Below the pieces are notes generated by a model. The model ran no database searches. It was not told where the DNA came from and saw only the letters and a program-made list of their open reading frames with translations. Of a DNA stretch of 64,000 bases, positions 37,515-46,678 are shown piece after piece (within the stretch, counting starts at the first letter, position 1; the number at the start of each line of letters is the position of its first letter). The DNA comes from Chloracidobacterium sp. (GTDB taxonomy: Bacteria > Acidobacteriota > Blastocatellia > Pyrinomonadales > Pyrinomonadaceae). The translations under genes were made by a program, and so were the position numbers. The DNA is taken from contig JADJTD010000002.1 in the NCBI GenBank assembly GCA_016711345.1, positions 277 to 64,276 of the forward strand. Reading direction: 5' to 3'.

Positions 37515-38188
37515 ACTCCAGTGAGCTGTACGACACATTCAGATCGGACGTGTCCGATGTAGCGAAGCCCTACCTCTGGTCGGACGATGAGGTGTTTCGC
37601 TACATGGACGCGGCCTACAAGATGTTCGTGCGGCTCACTGGTGGCATCACCGACTTCCTTTCGGATGCCACGCTGATCGACATTGTCGCAGGGGAGAAGG
37701 TGGCAGACAGTCACCCCTCCATCCTGCGCATCCTCCACGCTGAGCGTGTGAGCGACGGCAACCCGCTCAGGATCGTCAATACGACAGACTTGAACTCGGT
37801 CACGCAGAGCGACTACGGCAACGTGCGTAGTCTGGTGAATGATAGAAGTGTCGGTGCAGTGCACTCGATGATCATCGGTCGCCAGAAGGACAAGGTTGAG
37901 TGGGCTTCGATCCCCGTTGAGGATGATCAAGCACAGCTCTCAGTGTTCCGTCTACCGCTCGAAGACATCTGTGGATTCGATCACGACTTGGCTGAGGTGG
38001 ATGAGATGCATCACATCTACCTGCTCGACTGGATGAAGCATCTCGCTTACAAGAAGCACGATGCGGAGACGTACGACGTGAACAAGTCGACGCATTGCGG
38101 TGACGAGTTCAGAGCTTACTGCTTGCAAGCGAAGGGCGAGCTTGAGCGCCAGCGCTACAAGGTTGGAGTGGTTCAATATGGCGGCTAA
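37511..38188 (+). CDS. putative head-tail adaptor / head completion protein
   Basis: 225 aa. The GTG start overlaps the upstream stop (GTGA). The function is called from position only. Confidence 0.55.
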   Translation: MNSSELYDTFRSDVSDVAKPYLWSDDEVFRYMDAAYKMFVRLTGGITDFLSDATLIDIVAGEKVADSHPSILRILHAERVSDGNPLRIVNTTDLNSVTQSDYGNVRSLVNDRSVGAVHSMIIGRQKDKVEWASIPVEDDQAQLSVFRLPLEDICGFDHDLAEVDEMHHIYLLDWMKHLAYKKHDAETYDVNKSTHCGDEFRAYCLQAKGELERQRYKVGVVQYGG

Positions 38189-38780
38189 GAATCTGACGAT
38201 CACGCAGGGCAAAACTTTCAGCCTTGTGCTGAGATGGGAAGCCCCGCCAGTAATCTTCAAACCCATCACAGGGGCCACACAGACAGCTCCGGTGAACCTC
38301 ACTGTGGCCGCTCACGGCGTGCCTGAAGGCTGGCGCGTAGCCGTCACCAACGTCAAGGGCATGACCGACATCAACGCCCCTGCGAACGAGGTCAAGGACA
38401 GCGATTATCACCAAGCGACAGTGATCGACGCTTCTACGATCCAGATCAACGACATCAACGCAGCAGGCTTCAAGCCCTACGTCAGCGGCGGCTACATCCA
38501 GTACAACACCCCTGTCGTACTCACCGGCTTCACCGCACGCATGTCGATCAAGGATAAAGTGGGTGGCACCGAGTTGCTCTCGCTCACCACCGAGAACGGC
38601 GGCATAGCTATCGATCTCGTGCGCAGCACTATTTCGCTGACGATCGCGGCCCTGGCCACAGCCGCACTGACGTGGAAGACCGGGGTCTACGACCTCGAAC
38701 TAGTCAGCGGTGATGTCACCCCAGTAGTGACCGCGCTGCTGACAGGTAAGGTCACAGTCACGAAAGAGGTGACGACGTGA
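38178..38780 (+). CDS. virion structural protein (beta-rich)
   Basis: Track ORF 38100..38780, trimmed to ATG 38178 (MAAKNLTITQGK). Confidence 0.65.
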   Translation: MAAKNLTITQGKTFSLVLRWEAPPVIFKPITGATQTAPVNLTVAAHGVPEGWRVAVTNVKGMTDINAPANEVKDSDYHQATVIDASTIQINDINAAGFKPYVSGGYIQYNTPVVLTGFTARMSIKDKVGGTELLSLTTENGGIAIDLVRSTISLTIAALATAALTWKTGVYDLELVSGDVTPVVTALLTGKVTVTKEVTT

Positions 38781-39229
38781 TCCCAGTCGGCCCATTCCAC
38801 GACGTGTATTGCCGCCTGTTGAAGATCGTCTTCTATAGCGACCTGCACGGCACGCGTTTCATGCTGGCACTGGCCGAAGCAGTCTGGTCAATCACCCTGT
38901 TCATGCCGGGTGACACCTTTGCTCGCCCAACCTACGCGGTCATGAGACAGGTCATGGTTGAAGAGGCATGGGCGCTCGTGTTCGCTGTATCCGCCGCAAC
39001 ACAGTTGAGCATTCTGATCCGTTGCGAGTACCACACCGCCTTCGCCACAGCCTTCGCCGGTTGGAACAGCGTGCTGTGGAGCTTCGTGGTCATCGCCATG
39101 TATCTCAGCGTATCTCCACCCCCTGCAGCAATCTCTGGTGAACTGGCGCTTGCTGTCGGTGCTGCCTGGGTGTGGGTGCGCTCCGGGTTGAAACTCAAAG
39201 GTGTTAGGGCGAACGACTATGGCTGCTGA
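38777..39229 (+). CDS. multi-pass membrane protein (holin candidate)
   Basis: 150 aa with about 4 hydrophobic helices. The GTG start overlaps the upstream stop. Confidence 0.55.
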   Translation: MIPVGPFHDVYCRLLKIVFYSDLHGTRFMLALAEAVWSITLFMPGDTFARPTYAVMRQVMVEEAWALVFAVSAATQLSILIRCEYHTAFATAFAGWNSVLWSFVVIAMYLSVSPPPAAISGELALAVGAAWVWVRSGLKLKGVRANDYGC

Positions 39230-39629
39230 GGCCGAAATCATGACCTATGGAACCTACGCTATCGGGGGCACGGGTATCGTCAGTGTGGTGATACTGGCGA
39301 TTCGCCACCTCGTCTTGCGCATCAGCCGCGACGCGACCACTGTCGTGCAGGACTCGACGCAGCGTGAGCAGATAGGGAGCCTGCGTGAAGAGATAGGCAG
39401 ACTGGAAGTCCTGGTACGTGCGCAGTCACATGACATCGCTCTGATGACTCAGCAGTTGATGAAGCTGCGCTTTGCCTTCATCGACGAGCAGGCCGCTCTG
39501 CTGCGCATTCTAAACGAGATGAACACCATCGACGACCCACTGGTGAAGGCGCGTATCAGCGCCGAGATTGAGGCTGCGAATCACCGTCGCATGGCCGTGA
39601 TGGATCACGTCATGGAGGTGAAGCAATGA
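39219..39629 (+). CDS. N-terminal TM + coiled-coil protein
   Basis: The track start at 39201 is a GTG. ATG alternatives are at 39219 and 39240. The TM segment is AIGGTGIVSVVILAI. Confidence 0.55.
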   Translation: MAAEAEIMTYGTYAIGGTGIVSVVILAIRHLVLRISRDATTVVQDSTQREQIGSLREEIGRLEVLVRAQSHDIALMTQQLMKLRFAFIDEQAALLRILNEMNTIDDPLVKARISAEIEAANHRRMAVMDHVMEVKQ

Positions 39630-40036
39630 AGCTCCTGGTCCAACGTGAATTGTTCAGCGACAAGACAAGCATAGGCACCATGTACGTCGATGGTGTGCGC
39701 GAGTGTTATACGCTCGAAGACCGTGATCGTCACCTTGAAGAAGGAGGCGAAAAAGTATATGGGGAAACGGCTATACCTCGTAATACTTACAAAGTCGTTA
39801 TCACCTACAGCAATAGGTTCAAGCAGCCAATGCCGTTGCTTGTGGATGTTCCGCAGTTTGAAGGCATCCGTATCCACCCCGGTAACACGGCGGAAGATAC
39901 GCATGGCTGCATCCTCGTTGGGGTCGGTATCGGGAATGACCGGCTGTACAACTCGCGGCAAGCCTACGAGCGCCTGTTCAACAAGCTCGAAGCAGCAGAA
40001 GCACTTGGTGAGGAGATCACCATTGAAATCCGATGA
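39626..40036 (+). CDS. putative endolysin, YkuD / L,D-transpeptidase-like catalytic fold (DUF5675-like)
   Basis: 136 aa. The segment GIRIHPGNTAEDTHGCILVG matches the H...(S/T)HGC(I/V) active-site signature. It lies among holin-like and spanin genes. Confidence 0.65.
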   Translation: MKLLVQRELFSDKTSIGTMYVDGVRECYTLEDRDRHLEEGGEKVYGETAIPRNTYKVVITYSNRFKQPMPLLVDVPQFEGIRIHPGNTAEDTHGCILVGVGIGNDRLYNSRQAYERLFNKLEAAEALGEEITIEIR

Positions 40037-40194
40037 AACGCCCATTCAGATTCATCGACAGGGAGATTCTTCTTGCCCTAGCGCAGACTGCCCTGATCGG
40101 GTGTTTGCTTGTTGGCTTGGCGGTGACTGCCGCAAAACTGGCAATCTGGATGTCCTGTTTGGCTGCGCCGTCGTGTCATACGTGGCGCTGGTGA
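40033..40194 (+). CDS. small membrane protein (53 aa)
   Basis: My translation begins MKRPFRFIDREILLALAQTALIGCLLVGLAVTAAKLAIWMS... The ATG overlaps the endolysin stop (ATGA). Confidence 0.45.
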   Translation: MKRPFRFIDREILLALAQTALIGCLLVGLAVTAAKLAIWMSCLAAPSCHTWRW

Positions 40195-40228
40195 GTTGTT
40201 TGGCATGGGCTTGGTATGAGACGTGGCG

Positions 40229-40486
40229 ATGAACTGGGCAGAGACACTTCGGACGGCGGCAATCAATGGGGCGAAGGACATTGCCCGGCACCCGGTTCGC
40301 ATCACGGTCCTGACGACGGCGATCTTGATGACCTTGGAAGTGTCGCGCTGGAGCATGTGGTTCGCAGTGGGAAACGCAAGGCCGGGGTTGGAGATTGCGG
40401 CGATTCTGGCCGCTGTACAAGCACCTGTGACGCTCTTTGCCGGTACGGTATTCCGTGCGTACATCGAGAGTCGGAAGGATGAATGA
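40229..40486 (+). CDS. membrane protein (holin/antiholin candidate)
   Basis: Track ORF 40223..40486. It has an ATG at 40229 and 2-3 hydrophobic segments. It is coupled to the i-spanin start. Confidence 0.6.
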   Translation: MNWAETLRTAAINGAKDIARHPVRITVLTTAILMTLEVSRWSMWFAVGNARPGLEIAAILAAVQAPVTLFAGTVFRAYIESRKDE

Positions 40487-40941
40487 TGAACCCGATGGTG
40501 ATCCAGTTCTTCAAGTGGGCGCTGCCCTACGGCGTAGTCTTCGGGCTAGGCTTCTGCGCGGCTTGGTACGTTCAGGGGTTGCACGTGAGCAGCCTGAAGA
40601 ACGACGTGAAAACCGAAAAGCAGCGCTACAAGACACGGGAGCAGGCCATCATCGATCAGAAGCAGATCGAGAAGGACAAGCAGCAGAAATTAAACGAGGA
40701 GACAAGCAATGACTGGCTCAAGAATCTGGATGCTCTGCATCAGTGCTACAAGTCTGGCCGCTGTGGGGTGCGCCCCAGTGCCGGTGGTATGCCCTCCGGT
40801 GGAGTATCCGCGCCCTCCAGCCGAGCTAATGAAACCGGGGCCGGCACAGTACCTTCTGCCGACCGAATTGCAGCGGACTGCGCCGAAGTCCAACTGATGC
40901 AGAACATGCTTCAAAGCTGGAACGAGAAGGTAAGCAAATGA
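40483..40941 (+). CDS. i-spanin (Rz-like)
   Basis: 152 aa with an N-terminal TM segment (ALPYGVVFGLGFCAAWYV) and a coiled coil. It contains the embedded o-spanin ORF. Confidence 0.75.
   Translation: MMNPMVIQFFKWALPYGVVFGLGFCAAWYVQGLHVSSLKNDVKTEKQRYKTREQAIIDQKQIEKDKQQKLNEETSNDWLKNLDALHQCYKSGRCGVRPSAGGMPSGGVSAPSSRANETGAGTVPSADRIAADCAEVQLMQNMLQSWNEKVSK
40709..40897 (+). CDS. o-spanin (Rz1-like lipoprotein) embedded out of frame in the i-spanin gene
   Basis: 62 aa. It has a signal-plus-lipobox-like SLAAVGC followed by a Pro-rich mature part (APVPVVCPPVEYPRPP). Confidence 0.7.
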   Translation: MTGSRIWMLCISATSLAAVGCAPVPVVCPPVEYPRPPAELMKPGPAQYLLPTELQRTAPKSN

Positions 40942-40992
40942 TTGCAACCTCGCCAAGCTGGCGAATACTATCTCCGCATCGAGGGGTAAGCC

Positions 40993-43581
40993 TTGGCCAC
41001 TCTGACCGTTGACCGTTATCTCGACGCCGCTGCTTGCACGGCGGGCGAAGCCTTTACGCTCAACGGCGGACGGCTGACGATCCGCACAGACACACGCTGG
41101 CACGCGAACAGCCCGGCCTCCATGACTGGCAGCCTCGGCAGCGTCACGATCTCGGCAACGCTGGGCGGCGGCTACACGATTGACGGGCGCAACGTGCGCT
41201 GGATGGCCTACGACGCAGGCAGCGGCAACGTGCCGGCAATTGGCACCACAGTTACGGGCGGAACCTCGGGTGCATCTGGCTACCTGCTGGGCGTGTGGGC
41301 TTCCATGACCGCAGCCCCTACCGCAGTGGGTGCAGCGATGCCTGCCACGGGCTTTCTCAAGTTCCGTGAGGTTACGGGCGCGTATGTCGATAACGATGTC
41401 CTGTCAGGCATCGGCGCAACGGCCAATGGGGCGGATGCGGTCGGCTGGCTGGAGGTTGTTCATGACCAGGCTATCGCCATCACAGTCCCACGGCTTGGTG
41501 ACTTCACGGTGCGCGGCGATTGGTTCGACCTCGGCACCACGACCGGCGCGGCAAACCAAGTCGTTCAGATTCCCACCAACGGCAGCTCAACCTGCTACGT
41601 GCCGGGTATCTGGATCGCCAACGTCGCCAGCCCGACGACCGACGACGACTACGATTTCTACCCGTCGATTTACGCGGCGGCGATGATTACAACCAACTTC
41701 GGCACAGACGCCCGAAGCAAATTCGTGTGCATGGAGACTACTGGCGCAATTCGCATCGGGCACAACGGTACCGCCTCCGTTTGCTACGTGCCGCCGGCTG
41801 GGCGAAAGATTCGCATCCCCAACGTGTTCGGTCGCCAGTGCGCGACGGGGACACGCGCTACCAGCGCCATCCCAAACGCCACGGCAGCCACGCGGCCAGA
41901 CTTCACAACAACCTCGGCAGGCGCTATCGACATCGAGCATTTCGTGACGGACTGGTATCTCCTGTTCGCGCAGCCGTACGCTGTCAAGATGCACCACTGC
42001 GCCACGTTCGACTACATCAACGTGAGCGAGTGCGCCTCGGCGGTCAATATCTACGACGGCGGCAATGGAATCAGCCAGACGCTTGATGCCCGAACCGCAA
42101 CCTTTACCTCCAACTTTGCCGGCGGCGATGTGCTCAAGTGGGATTCTCCACGGCATCAAGCAGGCACAACCGACCACGCCTTTGAAATGGTCTATTGCTC
42201 TGGCGACTGGAATCTCGACGTTCGCTCGGGCATCGTGACCTACGCTAGATCAACGGGCCTGCCGTTTCAATTCACGCAATGCAGCGGCATCACCGGCACC
42301 TTGCAGCAGTTCAACGGGCCGGTGGCATTTACGACCTGTTTCGACTGTCACCTGCAATTGGTGGATCACGTTGATCGCTACGTCGGCGCGACCAACACCA
42401 CAACCGGCGTCTATGCCGTGGTTGTCAGCGCCTCGTCGGCACGCATCACGGTGGATGCAGTGACTTTCGGCATGGGCGGTGCAATCGCCAACTGCCACCC
42501 GTACCTAGGCGTATTCAACTGCGGCCAGAGCGAGGACATTACATTCCGCGGCCTCGGCAGCCGTGCGGCGTTTGCTGCTGGCGGCAGTGCGAACCAGCCG
42601 GCCTACATCTTCCTCAGCAGCGGCAACAACCGGCGAGTTAAGGTGCAGCGCTGCTACATGCTGCCAACGCGGACGGGCGCAATCAGTACAACGAACTCCG
42701 ACAAAGGCAACACCTACGAGCACGTTTATGGTGACGTGGCTGACACGATGACCATCGCTGACCTGAACTCGTCGGTCAAGAACTGCGGCGGTACGAATAC
42801 CACAACCGGGCAGGCGTCTGTCTATGGCACGCACTTCTGGGATGCCTTTACCTCTGACACGGCCGGGCGTGTCATCTTGAGCCTCAACGAGCCGACGACG
42901 GAAACCTCCGGCTATTACACCGTCGTTTCAGGTACGCCGAAATTCACCTCGGCTGGAAACCTTGTGCTGGCGACTGTGGGCGATGAAGTCATTATCGAAA
43001 GCAGCTACTTCGTCAAGGGCTGCACGGCACTGACCAACACTGCGCCGATTGTCACAGGCACGAACGTTACGCATGTGAGCGGCCCGGATTGGGGCAACCA
43101 CGATATTTACTACCAGATCGACACCGGAAGCGGATACGGCGGCACATGGAAAGACCTGACAGCAGCGAACTTGAGTGGCGAAACCATCTCGCCCGCTACG
43201 GGATTCCGGCCGAAATACCGGATTGTCTGCGACACGACCTCGACGACCAACCTGCTGACCTACATCCGCATTGCGACGACGAGCACGCTGGCAGCTCAGA
43301 CGGATAACTTGTATCCGCTGGACGTGACTACCGTTACCTTCACCGGTCTGCCGTCCGGTTACGACGCCGTGGTATTGACAGCAGGCACCTCGACGATTCT
43401 GGCGCAGGTGGATAGCGCCGCCGGCACGACCTACGGCTACACCTACGAAGGCACGCCGACCGTGGATGTCGGCTTTATCAAGCCGGGATATGTGCCGTAC
43501 TACTTCCGCAACCTCGCGCTAGGCGCGGCAGATTCAAGCTTGCCGGTGACACTGACACCGGATAGGAATTATTTGCCATGA
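40993..43581 (+). CDS. tailspike / tail fibre protein (beta-helix-like, Gly/Thr/Asn-rich)
   Basis: 862-aa track ORF. The apparent start is a TTG after GAGGGG. Confidence 0.75.
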   Translation: MATLTVDRYLDAAACTAGEAFTLNGGRLTIRTDTRWHANSPASMTGSLGSVTISATLGGGYTIDGRNVRWMAYDAGSGNVPAIGTTVTGGTSGASGYLLGVWASMTAAPTAVGAAMPATGFLKFREVTGAYVDNDVLSGIGATANGADAVGWLEVVHDQAIAITVPRLGDFTVRGDWFDLGTTTGAANQVVQIPTNGSSTCYVPGIWIANVASPTTDDDYDFYPSIYAAAMITTNFGTDARSKFVCMETTGAIRIGHNGTASVCYVPPAGRKIRIPNVFGRQCATGTRATSAIPNATAATRPDFTTTSAGAIDIEHFVTDWYLLFAQPYAVKMHHCATFDYINVSECASAVNIYDGGNGISQTLDARTATFTSNFAGGDVLKWDSPRHQAGTTDHAFEMVYCSGDWNLDVRSGIVTYARSTGLPFQFTQCSGITGTLQQFNGPVAFTTCFDCHLQLVDHVDRYVGATNTTTGVYAVVVSASSARITVDAVTFGMGGAIANCHPYLGVFNCGQSEDITFRGLGSRAAFAAGGSANQPAYIFLSSGNNRRVKVQRCYMLPTRTGAISTTNSDKGNTYEHVYGDVADTMTIADLNSSVKNCGGTNTTTGQASVYGTHFWDAFTSDTAGRVILSLNEPTTETSGYYTVVSGTPKFTSAGNLVLATVGDEVIIESSYFVKGCTALTNTAPIVTGTNVTHVSGPDWGNHDIYYQIDTGSGYGGTWKDLTAANLSGETISPATGFRPKYRIVCDTTSTTNLLTYIRIATTSTLAAQTDNLYPLDVTTVTFTGLPSGYDAVVLTAGTSTILAQVDSAAGTTYGYTYEGTPTVDVGFIKPGYVPYYFRNLALGAADSSLPVTLTPDRNYLP

Positions 43582-44351
43582 AACCAATCAATGGATTTTC
43601 AAAATACCTGATCGCCGAAGACGGTACGGTCGTCGGCCCGCGCGGGCACGCGATATCCCCGCACCTGAACAAAGGGATGCTGGCGGTAAAGATACATAAC
43701 GACGCTGGCAAACGCATAGCGGTACCTATCCATCGCGCTGTTGCCGAGGCGTACATCGGACTGCAAAGAGGCTTGCGCGTTCGCCACAAAGATGGTGACA
43801 CGCTGAATAATCGTATTGAGAACCTTGAGATTTATTCGCCGACGCCCACGGTTGAGCAAAAGAAAGCAGCAGCCAAGGCGCGTAATGACAAGTACCGCGC
43901 CAATGGTGGAGAGCGCGTAAAAGCGCTTCGCTATGCGGCCGGCAAGGCATTCAAAGAGCGACTTGCGAACGACCCGTCCTACGCGGACAAACGCGCCGAA
44001 GCGCGACGCAAGGCAATAGAAAACACCCGGCGGTGGCAAGCAGCCAATCCAGAAATGGTTAAAGCCCATGCGCGAGCCGTCAGGCAACGCAGGCCACATC
44101 TTGAGGTGGCAAAGGTTCAGCGCAGGAACGCGGCGAAATTGTGCCGGGCAGTAGCGTGGGCCGACAAAGAACGTATCAATCGGATATATCACGTTGCTCG
44201 CCGCATAACCGAAATTACCGGGATTCCGCACCACGTCGATCATGTGATCCCGTTACGCGGCGAGAAGGTTAGCGGGCTGCATGTTCCTGAAAATTTATCG
44301 GTCGTTGCATACGACTACAACTGTTCTAAAGCCAATAGGTACGAGGTCTAA
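43578..44351 (+). CDS. free-standing HNH homing endonuclease with two HNH-like modules
   Basis: The N-terminus is NUMOD4/HNH_3-like (FSKYLIAEDGTV...VRHKDGDTLNNRIENLE). The C-terminus reads HVDHVIPLRGEKVSGLHVPENL...N.SKAN. The gene is visibly AT-richer than the flanking tail genes. Confidence 0.85.
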   Translation: MKPINGFSKYLIAEDGTVVGPRGHAISPHLNKGMLAVKIHNDAGKRIAVPIHRAVAEAYIGLQRGLRVRHKDGDTLNNRIENLEIYSPTPTVEQKKAAAKARNDKYRANGGERVKALRYAAGKAFKERLANDPSYADKRAEARRKAIENTRRWQAANPEMVKAHARAVRQRRPHLEVAKVQRRNAAKLCRAVAWADKERINRIYHVARRITEITGIPHHVDHVIPLRGEKVSGLHVPENLSVVAYDYNCSKANRYEV

Positions 44352-44353
44352 TC

Positions 44354-45724
44354 ATGGCGAAAATTACAAGCAAGTCGCTTTTGAACGTCGGCACGGAACT
44401 GGTAATCAATGAGCCAGCTCGAACGATTCAGTTGGTTGCTACCGGCAACCTTGTCGCAAAAGACGGCGTGACGTGGCAAGCGCTATACTCGAAGATCGTA
44501 GATTTGTGGGCAACGGCGTCATATCAAGATAGCCCAATGCCTTTCTACGCGATTGACGCGCTATCAGGGCAGTTTCAGATTGGAACTGACGGCGCGACAT
44601 TCAGCGGCTGGAACTTCGATAGCGACACCACGCGCAATATGCTGCGCGATGGCGGGTGGGCCGAGTACAACAGCGGCGGCACAAAGACTGCCGAGTACGT
44701 GGGTGCAGTGGGCCTTGGTTCGATCACCCCGGTGACGACCTGCCAGCCGTACTATCACCTCGCCTCGACCGATGCGCCGATCAACTTCCCTTTCACCGAC
44801 CAGTTCAACGTCGGCGTCAAGGTCTATGACAACGTATCACTGGACAAACGCACCTACTTCAAGGCGTTCATTCGTGAGTACGGCAAGAAGTTCAAATCCT
44901 CAGTGCTGGCGGATACCGGTTCGTCAGGCACCGGCCCGTTCAAGCAGAACTTCCTTGTCTCGAACGAAGACGACCTGAAGCTGACGACCTTGCTTGGCTC
45001 GGATGCTACCGCCGCAGACGCAGCTATGGCCGGGGCGCCTTACTCCGGCATCACTGTGGCGTACTACTCAGCCAACCAGACGCGCACCATCGCAGGTGTA
45101 TCGCGCAACTTCAAAATCATCATCGAGGGCAACGGCGGCACGTTGGAGCAGATTTACGCCAAGGTTCAGTATCTGCTGCGCCAGAACGCCGATATCAACA
45201 CAGGCGGCACCGCCGGCACCAAGACGGGCAAGATTCAGGACGAACTACTGCGTTTCGTGGGCGACACGCTGGTGACTTCGCAGTCGGTCTATATCGACGA
45301 CGTTCTCTCGGCAGACAGCAACCGGGTTGAGTTTTACGACGACAGCAACACACTGCGCGTCAATAACTACACCGCATCGGGCGCAATGGCATTCAACAGC
45401 GTGCTGGTCGGTGCAGGGTCAAGCTATCGGCTGATCTACACGACCACACCGGGCGGCGACGACTACGGCGAGGCCACTGCGATTACGGTCAATAACGCAG
45501 CCGGAACGCCAATCACAGGCACGATCAGCAGCGGGTCAATTTCCTTCGACTTCGACTGGAACGGCAACACGCAGGGCGGGTTCTCTGGCGGCACGGTACG
45601 CGACGTTACGCTGATCGGCATTCGTCCGGGGTATGGAAAGTTCGCTGTGGCAACCGGGCAGATTACGCAGAGCAAGTCGATTGCGCTGTCACTGGTCGCA
45701 GAAGCTGACCGAGTATATGCCTGA
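44354..45724 (+). CDS. virion structural protein
   Basis: 456-aa track ORF within the tail module. Confidence 0.75.
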   Translation: MAKITSKSLLNVGTELVINEPARTIQLVATGNLVAKDGVTWQALYSKIVDLWATASYQDSPMPFYAIDALSGQFQIGTDGATFSGWNFDSDTTRNMLRDGGWAEYNSGGTKTAEYVGAVGLGSITPVTTCQPYYHLASTDAPINFPFTDQFNVGVKVYDNVSLDKRTYFKAFIREYGKKFKSSVLADTGSSGTGPFKQNFLVSNEDDLKLTTLLGSDATAADAAMAGAPYSGITVAYYSANQTRTIAGVSRNFKIIIEGNGGTLEQIYAKVQYLLRQNADINTGGTAGTKTGKIQDELLRFVGDTLVTSQSVYIDDVLSADSNRVEFYDDSNTLRVNNYTASGAMAFNSVLVGAGSSYRLIYTTTPGGDDYGEATAITVNNAAGTPITGTISSGSISFDFDWNGNTQGGFSGGTVRDVTLIGIRPGYGKFAVATGQITQSKSIALSLVAEADRVYA

Positions 45725-46143
45725 TGGCAATTACGATTGATCCGGCAAACAACCGGATTATCCTCGACTCGGCCAGCGTCACCGCCAAGGACATTTTCAG
45801 GGCGTGGGCGGATTGGGCATTGCTTTCCGACAACCTCAAGTACCTGCCAGCTTTCAGCGCGACAGGCGGCGACGATCTCGGCGGCGGCTTGTCGATCCCA
45901 CCTTACTTCTTCCTGCTCAACGGCTGGCGCGTGCGTCCGATGGAGTCAAGCCACAATTTGACGATCACCGGCAACCTGTTCGTTGATGGCGGCGGCGTGC
46001 CGGTTGTCTCGACGCTCGGCACGTTCCAAGTCAACGTGAACTACACCGTGCCGGTACAGGCGCAGGGGATCAGCACGTCGGGCAGCACGGGGCCAACTGC
46101 TGCAGAGATAGCTGATGCCGTATGGGCCAAGGTGCTGCCATGA
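45724..46143 (+). CDS. virion structural protein
   Basis: 139-aa track ORF with a TGATG overlap. Confidence 0.7.
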   Translation: MAITIDPANNRIILDSASVTAKDIFRAWADWALLSDNLKYLPAFSATGGDDLGGGLSIPPYFFLLNGWRVRPMESSHNLTITGNLFVDGGGVPVVSTLGTFQVNVNYTVPVQAQGISTSGSTGPTAAEIADAVWAKVLP

Positions 46144-46493
46144 GTACTGCTGGGGCAATCCTCGTCGGTTTGTCTGGGCTGACTGGGGTCAGTGCAGGAT
46201 CACACCTGCTTGCTATCACAGCAGGTAGTGGCCCAGGCACGCCGTACCCGGTGCTGGTATCTCAGTTCACCGTGGTCGTTGAAGAGCCAACCCACACGAT
46301 ATTGCAGACGAAGTTCAAGGACGCTCCTGAAGAAGTGCGACCACGGAATCCGATTCGTAGATCAGTGCCGGCTACCTCGGTCGAGTTCATCGCTACACAG
46401 GAGGCCTTGCTGTTCGTGCGCCTCGGAAGCGACGAGCTATCCATCGTGGAAGAGCAGGGTGAGTTCGTGACGATCACCGAGGTGCTACAATGA
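46140..46493 (+). CDS. hypothetical structural protein
   Basis: Track ORF 46122..46493. The ATG at 46140 overlaps the upstream stop (ATGA). Confidence 0.6.
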   Translation: MSTAGAILVGLSGLTGVSAGSHLLAITAGSGPGTPYPVLVSQFTVVVEEPTHTILQTKFKDAPEEVRPRNPIRRSVPATSVEFIATQEALLFVRLGSDELSIVEEQGEFVTITEVLQ

Positions 46494-46678
46494 AAAACAT
46501 CAGCGTTGTCACTGAGGTGCAAACCTTCGTCGTCGCAGCGGGTGAGCAGGGGCCACCTGGGCCTGCTGGTGCGAATGGGTCAAGCGGGAACCTTGAACCT
46601 GTCTCTGTTTACAACTTTGGTAATCCTGAAATTGTATTTACAAAAGAAGGTGATGTGGTGACCAACGATGCTACATAA
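46490..46678 (+). CDS. small protein with a short collagen-like stretch (GPPGPAG)
   Basis: 62-aa track ORF with ATGA coupling. Confidence 0.55.
   Translation: MKNISVVTEVQTFVVAAGEQGPPGPAGANGSSGNLEPVSVYNFGNPEIVFTKEGDVVTNDAT

Noticed and set aside
40033-40232. Programmed or erroneous frameshift joining the 53-aa TM ORF to a second hydrophobic frame ending in ATGA at 40232
   Set aside because: The second frame has no start codon of its own, and no slippery site is evident. The simple model of two separate ORFs at 40033 and 40229 explains the sequence.
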